Under the pieces are notes generated by a model, which was given only the letters and a program-made list of their open reading frames with translations, searched no databases and was not told the DNA's origin. A DNA stretch of 64,000 bases, taken from assembly GCF_000150275.1 (NCBI RefSeq), contig NW_002060947.1, forward strand, positions 7,611,880 to 7,675,879, written 5' to 3'. Both the position numbers and the translations under genes were made by a program. Of the stretch, positions 1 to 12,879 are shown piece after piece; the stretch's first letter is position 1, and each line of letters starts with the position of its first letter. Source of the DNA: Trichoplax adhaerens (lineage: Eukaryota; Animalia; Placozoa).

Positions 1-135
1 TATAAAAGCAAAGGACCATTGTTACTATGCAAGTGATTATTCTGAAATAATAAAGCAGCTATCATGAGAAGAATTTGTAAGAAAATAATATAGCAGTTGC
101 CACTACACCTATAAAAATATGCCTTATCAACATAC

Positions 136-3100
136 TTCACATTTTATCTTGTATGCTCTCAGATAGTAATGATACGACTCATGCTTATTTTTGTATTCAA
201 TGACAATTCCCATATTAAACACAATTCGTGAAGTTAATCTATGATTTTCACCATAGGCTTGGACACATAAATCAAGGGCTTTATGGTATTGCTAATATAT
301 AAAGAAATAAGATTGGTTAAATCTTGTCAAAGTTCGGTACAAACAAGCAAACATTGGATCAAATCACATATTTTAAGTTATATTTTGACAAAGTATGACA
401 ACAAAGAGTACACAGATCAGTTGACAACTAACATCAAAATTAACTACCGAAATAAGAAAATTTTAGTAAACTTACGACCTAGCCAATATTACCTGCATTT
501 GCTCACTACTTCCTTCTTTCTTGACAAAGGTAGCAACATTTTGATAAGCTTCCGCTAAATGGCCAACGTCTCCCAACTATTGTTACGGTTTGAACTTTAG
601 ATACATGCGTTCTAATAATCTACAATTTTTAAAGTATTCTTTTGCTATTTTAGATAGATTGAGTTTACGAACCTCCTGAAATATTTGTATCGCATTATTG
701 CAATGTACTTCACATTTCGTAATTCCTTCTGCCGGGGTTAGATCTTTATATGCAAAATTTGATTGACTAAATGCGCCATAATGAAACGATACAAGTAGTT
801 CCAATAAGCCCAAATGATACTGTATTGCAAAGAGAAATAAAGGCAAGAACATAAGCATAAAAAGTGGAATAGATCTGTTACAATATGCTAGAGGTATGCA
901 ATTAGATATCTTAAGTCCTGTTCTATTTTAAATTATTACTAATTAATTTCACTTATTTTTACCCATAAAAGCTGTATCAATAACCTTATTATCATCACCG
1001 CTGAGATTTTTGCGATAAGAAATTGCCTTTAAACCAGTTTGCACTACTTCATAGTGATCTTTGGCTCCTTGAACCGTTATAAATTCTCGTAATTTACTAT
1101 CCTATAAACGTAGTAATGTTAATAAGCAAGTTTTGATTGTGAGAGGGTCAAAAGGGTATTTAATTAAGGCTTAATCGGCAAATTGTTCGTTTAAATACCT
1201 ATATTGCGAAATGAACGAATCATACCTCACTTAAAGTATCGGTCAGTAATTCGAATTGATTGGCAAGCTTTTCTTTCCTGCCACCAAGAGTATTTTGTTC
1301 CATATCAATTGCCTCATTAACTAATCTTTGACATTCGCTATGCTGTCCAGCATGACACCTACATTTACACTTAAATTTATCAACTATCCATGCCATTAAG
1401 AACTACATAATAAATATGAAATTTAATCTTTAGCCTTACAAGAAGCGCGCCACTCGCCATTTTTTGTCAGCAATTTCGTCATCTGTAGCTGTTGCAGCTA
1501 GTTGCTCTAGCGATTGAGAGTAAAGTGTTGCCGCAGTTACATACCCTCCAGCCTAATTAGAAATAATATTTTTGTTATTAATTGTTCGGTCTCTCCATTA
1601 TTTATTGTTTCATTAAAACTAAAACATAAGGCATCAAACCGAGCGCCATGATCGTAACAGTTCAATGTTGTATTCATCGGCAGATAATTTCTCGAATATG
1701 GGCCATTCTAGCAAACAACGAGCTAGACGACTATGATCCAGCAACTTCTCCAAGTGATAAGGTAATTCCTGTTGATAATCACTCATTTTATTAGCATAAC
1801 AATAGGATAGAGATAAAAAATTTAAATAACAAGTGCTAGGAACAAATTCTTTTGTAACTATCAAACTTGATAAAGTTTTGATAAGACCATAACTAGCAAT
1901 CCCAATTACAAATCATATCAAATTATCACGCTTCCATTACTACCGCAGAATAATTTCATTCCCTGAATGTACTTACAAAGATTTAAGGTAAGTCATAAAA
2001 AGATTACCTCGGCTTTACGATCCTGATTTTCGATCTGTTCAAAATATTCTGCTAACTTTCCATGCCAGTAGGTGTATAAATATTGTCGGTAATCTTCAGA
2101 ACCAACTTTAAAATATCTAAAATACATAGAAATAGCGCATATAGTATCAGTAATAAGATAGCTGCTAGAACGATTGATATTATATCAATACAGCATTTGC
2201 TAAAAGCGATTCTATGAAATACTATAACTAATCCTTCCAACACACAATATAATACTACTGTGCCGCATTTAGATTGAAGTGTGTACTAACTTTCTCCTCA
2301 CAGCTTTACTCATTGCTCGATGATAGAAATCTAGCCTTCCTTCGCCGCTGTCTCCACAGGGTCGAAGAAACGGTTTCAATGATCGAAACACCACAGCCCA
2401 TTTAGCTGCAGGTAAAGGCTTTCGCTTTAATTTAGAAGAAGACTCGCTAATGTCTTTATCTTTAGTTGAATAAAGGCAAATTGAAGAATAGCACATAAAC
2501 CGTACAATTACAACGTCTGAAATAATTTAAATGAGAAAGAAATTGACATGATCTGCATCAACGTACTGTTTTTGTTATCACTTTCATTTGCTTTTTCCTC
2601 AAAGTCAGTTTTACGGTATGTTTCTTCTACCGTAACATGCAGCTGTTTCGATAAATCGTTTGCTAAGCTGGTATCAGTATTGGTACTTTCTTTATTCGTA
2701 CTAATTTTACGGCTTTTCTCAAACTGTTCTTCCGTATCTGGCTTCAGCGTCTCATCTTCTCCTAACAATTCTAGTAGCTCTCTCTCGAGCAATCCATGAC
2801 GCGAGCATTCAAGATAGCATAATGTAGCTACCATTAAATGACCACCACTTTCTTCTTCGAATCGAGTCAGCACTTGTTCTAGTAGCCTACAAATTATCAT
2901 CATCATTTCTATATTATTACACATATTATAAGAAGCAAGTAATCTTTAGGCGATCTTACATATAGGAAGTTAATATTAAACACTAGTTTTAGCGCTAACT
3001 CACTCAAGCAAGCCGTCAGCAAGACCTTTAATCATGTCAGTTACTTTACTAAATAAACCAAATACTCGCAGCTCCTCACAAGCAATGGATAACCATAATG

Positions 3101-6100
3101 GATTAGCAGATGCTTCTTTGGCTAACAATGAATCCATTTGTATATTATCTAATCGTTTATTAAATTTAGTTAAAACTTGGTCCACGATTTCCTATGTAAT
3201 TTAGAACGATAGTTTCAGTTTGTTGTGTAGTAATTTCTGCTTACAAAAGAGACTCGCAAAAATTATAATAATCTATTACGATAGACAATAGCTTATGTAC
3301 CCGTCTGCTATCTAAGTCTAAAGGGCCACATAATATTTCTTTCGGATGATTAGATCGACTTGCTAAACTTCGATGACATGGAGTATCGTTGATGACAGAG
3401 CATATGATTCTAGCATTAGGAGATATATCGAATGGTAGCCAACTAACTTGTTCAGCTTCCTTTGTCTTATCTAGCTATTAAAGATAAAAGACAGGCAAAA
3501 TTTTATTTTTAAATCATTTTAAATGCTGTAAAATTAGTGCTCTTCCCATTTTAACTATAAATTTAGAATATTGCAACATTAGCAGTGTATTGTATACCGT
3601 TATGACTAACCTGATTTAAAGCATCAAAAAATAATATGGTTGGTTCTAAATTTTTACTACTTAAAACGATATTAGATAGGCGAACTAAGGATTCCATATC
3701 GGCTGGAATCTCCCCCTGTGGTACGTGTAGAAGGAGATTGAGAACAACATTAGCCAGTCAGAATAAAGAAGTGATTTGTTTGTGATGATTCTTAGAATCG
3801 TCTCGACATAATTTTTAACACAAATTTCAGTTACATTGTTTTAATTTCTTCGTGAACTGTTAATACGCGTTTATATAGAGAAATTTATGATAGAACTGAC
3901 AAACCTACCACATATTTTAGCTCTTTTAGCATTCGTTGCAACATGAAACCAAGATCAGTAGATCCAGGAGCCGCACCAATAAAATGATAGAAAACGTTCC
4001 AGCCCTTATTACTGCCACTAAATACGAAAAATAATGTAGAGCCCATTAATAAGCAGTTCGAGATGACGAGATGGCGTTACTAATAATCATATATGCTCAA
4101 TCTATCATTAATAGATACTATAAATTCATTTAGTTTACTGAACAATCTAGCTATAGTTTGATCAAGAGTAAAACGAGAGCAATCCTTTGATCACTAATAT
4201 CTTACATTATGAAGGAGAGGTAATCTAAGATTATGAGGCTTCGTCTCATACTGAACAGTTTGAAGCTTCAATGTAGTAAACATAAATCGTTCAAATAGGT
4301 TACATCTGATTTTTAAATCTTACCCAGGAATATCGTAGTTAAGCGCTTTATTGACTGTTGTTGCAGCGCTTCTAGCAATTACAGCACTCTTGCCAGCTCC
4401 AGCCATACCAACGATGACTAGCGGGATTCCGCGATTCGTAGAGCAAATATAATCTTGGATCTAGCCGATAGTAATAAAGAATTAAGAGTAGGTGACCGGT
4501 AAGTTTGTGGAATGTGACACTTATTGTTGACACATGAAATCTTTCAAGCATTTTATTTTGGAGTATTATCAATATCATGCAAGCATTAAGACCACGTCGT
4601 TTTTGAACAGTAAGTAATCTAGCTGTACAGAAGACAAGGATTACTAATTAGTAGTTCTAGTAGAATGCAATTATCTTCTATACCTAGAGTAAAGAATATC
4701 ACCCATGTGCAATAAAAACATGGTTACAAAGCATCAAATCAGTACTTAATCTTACTATCTCTATTACCAGAGATATATCTGTAAATTAAAATTACAAAAT
4801 GGTATGTTTGTTATGTAAAGTATTAATGTAATACTCATGGAATTTACTACAAATATCTGAATTATTTATTGCCTTTTTAAGCTTTTATGTCAAATAATAA
4901 TTATAGAACTGAGTTCTGGCTAGCTTGTATGTACCTGATCGAGCATTTCATCGCGACCTAACACTGATGATGAGCGAGTATTGAGGAAAGCCTGTAGAAT
5001 AAAACCATAATGCAAGGATGATTACGATCTCACAACATTGTATGAAGAATAAATTTCCCAAAATACGACCGTTAAATTTGTCTATCAATAACTTATAACT
5101 AATAACAACGTAATGTCTATAGCCATATCCATAAATATTTATAAAACTATTACTAGTAAATTATGTAAGAAAGAACGATCGCCATTTTATCAGTAGGCCG
5201 GTATCGAATCTTAAAGATACAGAAATGAAGTAGACGAGATGGAAGTCATCGTTGATAAATTCTACTATCGATATCAACTATTACTATTGCTACGGTGAAG
5301 AAAGACCTGTATACGAATATTGTTAATGACTTAGGATTTTCCATGTAATTTATTATCATCAAATTAGTTTGCGTTGCTGGATAAGATTTTTAATCTAATT
5401 CATAGCTATTAAATATTGTATGCAGTTACACATATTAATACCTTTCGTGGATTAAATATTTCATTAGTAATATAGTAAATAGATAGATTACTGTCTTATC
5501 TAGTAAAGCAAATACATGTCTATTGTTTAGTAATATGTACTGCAAAAGGCTTATGTTTGATATATTTATTACTATAGAGCAACAGCGATCAGTGTTGTGC
5601 AATTAACATGTGCAACCGTAGGAAAGACTTGCTGCTTTAAACATTATAATCATATTTAATATTAGCATAACTACAGTCGATGCAACAGTAAATGAATGAT
5701 CAGTCTAGATTAAGTAGCATTACACTGGCAGTTACCTCATGAGCTTCACGGATAACTTCTAACTGATCCATAGCAGAATCGTCTAAGGGATATTGATGGC
5801 TAATTCTAGCTTTGAAAAAGTCAATGACCTGCAATAGAACGTTGCAAAATCGATTATCGGTCAGTTTTAGAGTATTGACTATTTGCAATGGCTGACACTT
5901 AAAATCGGCAATAGGACGCAAGATATAGCATAGAATCACTTTAATAACTAATTATTGTAATATAATGTAAATAAGAAATATATGTACAGAATAATTCAGT
6001 GGATTAATTAATTAATCGTAAAAAATCTTGCTATTGCGAATAGAGTTTCAATCTTTACTGGATCATTCTATCGTTCATTCTCTTTCTACATACTTACCGC

Positions 6101-9100
6101 TCTGACAAAAGTTGATTCTGCTCCTAAACCTTTTGCACGAACTGTATCTGTTGTTTTATCAAGCCCATCAAATTCGCAAGCATAAGTTATCACACGCGAT
6201 TCCTATATATAATAGTTTATAGACAGAGGCATAAAAAAACAATATTCGATTAGTAACCTATTAAGCCAATTAAGACGATTATTGTAAAGGGTAACATGAT
6301 GAGAAAAGATAATCAGTTTGTGGGCTCATTCATAAAAATTGAATACTACACCATTATGTAACTAAAAGTCCTTAGTACTTTAAAATGAAATAATACTAAA
6401 AGCAATTTATTAAACAAAATTTTCGATCTACACTTATTCTAGCCTTTATTATTTTATCCGTTAAGTAGTGAAATGATTAGATGAAACATCCATCTGGGCA
6501 CGAAAGAATAGAGATGGAAGATGGCAAACTATGAAATTGAACGATAAACGAGTATTTCAATTAACCATTCTCCCCTTGTAACGTATGGCAACGTACACTC
6601 GTTATGATTGCTTATTTATCTCAAATGCTCTAGCATTCATGTAACAGAAAGAACATTGGCAGAGAAAAGTATTTTAAAGATATCGATATTCAAGCCTAAT
6701 AAAATTATGTTGGAAATAAATCTGATCTCAAGATGATGTAATCGAGCAGCTATCGGCATTTCCTATTATGGCCATTATATTGATAGTGACAACGGCTTCT
6801 TTCACTTCTACAGTATGTTGTAGCGAGCGTACAGCAGACAAGAAAGTTGAAAAGAAAAAGATTATAAACTATCGTTGTTCAAATTCGATGAAAGGATATC
6901 TCCAAACGATGAATTCAAATACGACGGATTTGAGAAAGAACGGAAGATGGTAAGAGTTAACGCTGATCGAGCGTACGATTGCCTACCCTTTCTACCCTAG
7001 TGATTATACAGTAATTACTACCTATTTACCATCGATGCTCTAGTAAGGGAAAAAAGAGACAACAAAGTGCAAGAAAAAGATTGTAAACGATTGCCTACCC
7101 TTTCTATGCTAGTGATTATGCAGTAATTACTACCTATTTACCATCGATGCTCTAGTAAGGGAAACAAGAGACAACAAAATGCAAGAATAAAGACTGTAAA
7201 CTATTGTTGTTCAAGGTCCGATAAAATAACTTTACAAATGATTAGAATAAGAAAGGAGAGACCAATTAAGCAAGAGTGTCAACGATCAAGAGAATCGATG
7301 CTATAAGATGATGGAGAATTGGCAATCCTTTGGACCCTAGTCATTATGACTTCTCTATCTTCTACGCTCAAGCAAGTGGACACAACCGACAAGATCACTG
7401 AAAAGGTGGTGGGGGAATGATTAGAAACTATCGTTCTTCAAGCCGATATAACAATAGGGGACCAATAAATAGTCCCAACACGATGGAATACCAGATGGAT
7501 CAGAATAATAATAATAATAAGGGAAAACGATCAAGTGGATCAGTAATCGAGTCAAGTTGATATCGGCCGCTAAAGCATTTGCAAATTGGGTAGATGATTC
7601 CAGCGGCCGCCATCATCATCATACTCTTTCTCCCCATGATGACCTCTGACTACTGCCACTTTCTACTCCAGTAAACGCCCATACAAGAAGAAAACTCAAG
7701 AGTAAACGATCTCTACTAAAGCCTGATCAAGTTAGTCTCCTATTCTACATTCAATTACATGAAGAACAGCTCCTCTTCTTCTTTGCTCTATGCAAATAGC
7801 TGCTTAGCAATGGTGTGGTTGCGCTCGGAGTCGAGAAGTCGAGCAGGTAGAGCTCTAAAGGCAGAGCAGCCCTAGCCTAGCAATTTCCTTCCGGGAAGCA
7901 AGCTTGAAAAACAAGGCTACGAAATGATAGTAACTGATATGCATTAGAGACTAGTATGATACATGGTACTCATGCAGTATTAGATGACAGTCGAGTCAAT
8001 CATCAGCGGGTCACGCCAATCATGGCCTATAGTGTGTAGCAAACTATGCCTATTAATGCAGTCTTTTATAGCGAGAGGGGTGGGCAAGACGAGAATGTAT
8101 GGATAAGACCTTCACACGTCACTCCTCCCCGTTGCTATGTTACCGCGGCAAGGGTCTATCATCAACACAAGGCCATCGGCTCTAGTACTAACCCCTTGGA
8201 TAAGGGGTCTTCCAATCTCACTTAGGAAATGCCTACCATCGCTAATATGAGTAGCAAAACCCATTTGTAGTAGTAGCACCAGCAAGAACTTATTAACAAA
8301 CAAGTATTTTGCTTTATAGACTAGGTATCATGGCAAAAAAAGAAAGAAAGGAGAATGAAGCAATCAAGATGCATTTTGTCATGAATCAAGCAAAGCTTTA
8401 ATGATACGCTCGCTATTTTTCATGGACAAATTGTATCATTCTCTTGTAGTGCAATGCTTATAGTAATTGAATGCCTAGCCGAATTAGCAATCACTACTGT
8501 TGACGACTCGGTCGACATAGAATTAGGATTTATAGCATGATAGTTATAGTTGAGCTATATACGAATTAATGACACATTATCCAGCATCTTGACATTAAAA
8601 CAGCAGTACAAAAATATTGTACAATAAAGATCTTAGGGGTAATTTGAATGATCAATATTAAGATTAGGTTAGCTTGCATGATTGACATTGTATTACGATA
8701 CAAAAAATCAAGCAAATTGAAGAGCATAGATACTATCCTTGCAAGAAAACTAAGATACTTTATCATAAGATTTGACCTAGATCGATAATGCCAATCTACC
8801 ATCATCAATGTCATGGGATGACAGAGTAGCATTGAATAGACTAGTCATATCATTGAATCAGTATCAATGTAGTAAAGTAATAGTAGCGAGCTAGCTACAA
8901 ATTACATAAGTATTTCCATCAGACTGACTAACTTAGCCATATAAAATATCACTTGCAACCCGACGTTACAAAAGAATAATCGATAGATACAAGTAGTTGA
9001 TGATCTTACCGGAAATCTTCCTTTGATACATCTCTTCAGTAATTCCATCTTATCCATTGTATCCGATGTAGTTTCTGAGAAATGTTCCTTCAATTTTTCG

Positions 9101-11016
9101 GGTAGTGATGATATGAACGAAGGATCACGAATTAAGAATAATGCTGCCATCAGCAATAATAAAAAACACATTAAGATATAGTCATTCTAAGGGTAGCTAA
9201 ATAATATTTAATAATATAAAGTCACATTTATAGAACAACCGTTTGGGTTTGCTCGACGAAATGCACCATGAATAATTTCCATTTCTGTGATAGAAGTACC
9301 AAAAATCCAACCATATTCTCTCGCCAAGTATTGGGGTACATCAGATTTACCCGGAATCCAACCCGAGCGATGGCTATAAATTTAAATGACATGAATAATA
9401 AAAATCGATTATAGTTTTCTATTTCGGTCAATTGATATGCGTGTATATATAGCAATGACGTAAAAGTATGCACACAAAATAAGATAAATTATTGCTTATT
9501 CATTTCAAACATGACACAGTATCGAATAAGAAAAGATTGACAAGTAGTATTTTTATTAGTAGTGATGAGCATGATTATCGCTGTATCGATTTAGATTATT
9601 GCCATAATATAACCTGGAAAGATTCAGAAAAAAAGGCCACTGATTATCTTCATAGCAACGATCAATTTCACCAAGACAAATACGTAATGTTTCTTCAGAC
9701 GTTGCCTCTTTAGGAACGCCCTAAATTTGATATCAAAAATTAAGTACTGTAGCAAATACTTCGGCACATCCAATAAATGAAATAATTATAAAGTCTAAGC
9801 GATCATAATTACAATACTCGCGTACGCTACTTAGAGATTGCAGAGTATACTCTATCATTAGATTTAGAAGTGTACTCTATTAAGACCGAAAATAATATCC
9901 TATTATGTATATTACTTATATCAGAACTGATATTTACGTATAATTATTACCCATCTTAAATCGCATTCGATTAAATGCAGCTTTAGCTTTTCACACCATA
10001 TTCTTAATTCAGGAAAGACCTATCATCAAAATAATTATAACACACATATACTTAATTAAATAAATTTATAATTATGAATAGGCGCTCAATTTTACATGTC
10101 TATTGCTATATTACATCAGAGGTCATAGATATTATAATATTACTATTTCGTATTGATGGCATTACGCAAATTTTCCTCTAATATGAGCACTCATGCTTTA
10201 CTGTATAGTCTCTCAAATGCATCCAAAATTATGTTCATCCCAAAAATAGTTTCAAGTAGATTAAGGGAAAGCATGCTTAAATGCAAGGTTGCATTCAAGT
10301 AAGATCGTTCTGTAATATGAACTACTATTAACCAATTCATAAGAACAATTTACAAGTTTTATGGCAATCTAATAATCTTTTGACTACCAGTTATATCTAA
10401 GATATTAGGATGTTTTATGCTGCAAAATATCGCATTGCTGCAACTACACTAAGGTTTTCTTAATAGTAACACACAATATCATTCAATCATAGCCCGAGTA
10501 TAAAGTAATATTTATTATTATTAGTAATCGAAATACTACGTATTATACCATTAGAATTATATAATTTACCTGCTTAACAAGGACTTCTCTCTCTGCATGA
10601 AAATCTTTAAATGTAGAAGATACAAATAATCGAATTGTTTTCCATCCACGACGTTTAAGTGCTGGCATGACAGCATCTTCTGATGTAATCGATGTAGCTC
10701 TTACTGCGTCCCAACATTCCATCGCAGTATCCGGCTCTAGTTCACTTGCTTCTTCCAACGTTATTTCAGGCTTGGATGGCAATTCCTCCCATAATATAGT
10801 GAATGTTTCTATTGGACCAGATGATTTTTTAACTTTAGTACTAATTTTCTTTCTCGTTGAAGAGTTTGGACCCGCTGATGATGAATGCCCAGCATTATCA
10901 TTTGATGCAGTTTGTGTGTTTGGCTTTGTATTATCAGTTGTTGTTTTTGCAACTTGGGGCGCATTATTTCCTCTTTGATTTACTACTTGCAAATTTCTGC
11001 TTGAGCTACATCCCAT
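136..11016 (-). CDS. Paralogue A: DUF4062-NACHT(P-loop)-TPR protein, TEP1/TTC41/NPHP3-like; multi-exon, 3'-partial (last exon lies left of the window)
   Basis: 23 in-frame GT-AG exons traced by hand from ATG 11016 (MGCSSSRNLQ). DUF4062 motifs: TIRLFVSSTFKDFHAERE, LIECDLRWGVP, ICLGEIDRC, GTSITEMEIIHGA. Walker A GMAGAGKS at 4386-4409, Walker B ILFFDALNQ near 3611-3640, ANPLWLSIACEELR motif, and C-terminal TPR-like helices (ALDLCVQAYGENHRLTSRIVFNMG). Colinear exon-for-exon with paralogue B. Confidence 0.88.
6975..7200. repeat. Tandem duplication of a 112-bp unit within a more degenerate repeat region (~6760-7720) in A intron 5
   Basis: ACGATTGCCTACCCTTTCTA...TACCTATTTACCATCGATGCTCTAGTAAGGGAAA...GAGACAACAAA starts at 6975 and again at 7087. 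Confidence 0.85.
8130..8145. promoter_or_regulatory. Conserved intronic X-box-like element in paralogue A intron 5
   Basis: CGTTGCTATGTTACCG, identical to 24821-24836 in the homologous intron of B; contains the RFX half-site GTTGCTA. Confidence 0.55.
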
Positions 11017-11906
11017 CCTTGAGATTAAAATTAATATCGTATGTAAAGGAAAAGTGAGGTTATAGATTTTAATCCAACAAGCTATCATGCTACTCTTTGT
11101 AATGTAGACATTACTGTCCTAAAATGGACGTAAGGTAAAATTGAATTGTAAATCAATCAGAACATGCTGGCAAACGTTATCGTATCGCAATTTTAAATTT
11201 ATAGCAAAATAGATATCGTATTCTTATGATACTCGACTAAGAACTAGTATCCGTAAGAGACTATTGTAAAAATTAATCTTCTTTGACTTATAAAAACATT
11301 GTTTTTAATTGATAGAAATTTCAATAGTTATCGGAGATTAAAAGTACGGTAGTAGAGAACTGTAACGTTTAGGTTTTAAACTGTTAGAAACAACTTTCGA
11401 ATTAATCATTAAAAAGATAAGATAATTCATTACATGTATATAGTGATTGAACTTATTGCCGCTATATATAATAAACCTAGGAAATTCTGTCTTTCTAGTC
11501 AATTTCCCTAGATGGAAATCACTGAACTATAACGTAGCTGAAGTTATCGATAAGATGTATTTCGTTTATTGAAGAGAAATACGCAAAAAACTGATTCAAT
11601 CAATAAGTATATCAAGATGTAAATAACATTTACTATCTTACTTCCTTAGCTATAAAGGAAATTGCTTAGTTGGTTTCTAAGTATGTTCAATGATAGTTGT
11701 TGAGCTTCTCTTGCAAATGGTAGTAGTTAAAATCGACGGAGGTAACACTTAAAAGGGCGGTTGCAGCGGCATATTTAAATGATACTACTGTACTACGCTA
11801 AGCAGATACAATTATCGATTTAATACGAATCAACAACCTCCACTTTCTATTCTATTTCAATTTAACGCTAATAATATCGCCATTAAAGCTCTTATACTAG
11901 TGTTTC

Positions 11907-11932
11907 TGACGTAGAATGGTTGGCATGGCAAT
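11907..11932 (-). promoter_or_regulatory. Conserved upstream element of paralogue A: CRE half-site (TGACGT) plus RFX X-box-like GTTGGCATGGCAAT (11919-11932)
   Basis: 26/26 identical to 28927-28952 while the flanks differ; 12/14 match to the palindromic X-box GTTGCCATGGCAAC; about 0.9 kb upstream of the ATG, beyond a putative non-coding exon donor near 11641. Confidence 0.7.
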
Positions 11933-12879
11933 ATGGCTATGAATAAACCGAGCGTGCGTAAAAATAACTAATATTTAGCATGGCATTTATGTTGGTCATC
12001 CATTTGCAGCATAGATTTCAAGCATTTTGATCACTAGATTACTTTAAAATATTCATATATATAGAAAACTATTATATATAAGTAAATCTCGATATTTCAT
12101 ATAACAAATGCCTTACTTTGCTTTCTTTTAAATAACATTAAGATATATCAGCCAATTTCCTCACCTATTTAAAAACGATATCAGAGATCTAAAACAGTAT
12201 ATGAAAGAAATATATCCAGGATATAACTATTTATAAGTAAAATATTAGCGAATAAATAGCATTTGGGTAAAGTTTTGAGCATAATGCGAATGCCCGAATT
12301 CAAAGATGAAATACTAGCGAATAGCACTGCCCTTAATACCATAAATTGATTACAAGTTATTTATGGTCATTTTTCTATTCATGATTTATTTGTCATTAAT
12401 ATTATTTTTAGTAGCTGTCAATATAGAAAAGTTTTATGGACAAGAATCATAATATTAATAATTAATTTTTTTTTGAAGTATTCTAAAGTATGTTGATTGC
12501 CATTACGATTAGTAAATAAAAAATTAACTTATTTTTAGTGGATATAAAAAATCCAATATTCCATAATTAAATTATCAGCATTAATTATCAGACAAAATAA
12601 TCGACAACAAACTAGGAATAAGTTATTGTTAAGTATAACTGCAAAGTATTATGATGCATAATGTGCTCGTCGAAAATGACTTAGGGTTAGGGACACGTAG
12701 TGCAGCCCCAAATTATCATCAGATAAAATTAATAATGCCGGACGAAAATAGTTGAGATTAAATGTTTGATTGTAAGATTGTGATATTATGTGTTCTAAGA
12801 TGAAATTAGCCGCATGTAACATGCATAGCCAATTATGTATAAATCGTAGATGGATGACTAAATTTAGATAACCCTTCGA

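Noticed and set aside
11017-11088. N-terminal extension of ORF 10543..11088 upstream of MGC
   Set aside because: Absent in paralogue B and overlaps a conserved splice acceptor just before the ATG, so it is intronic.
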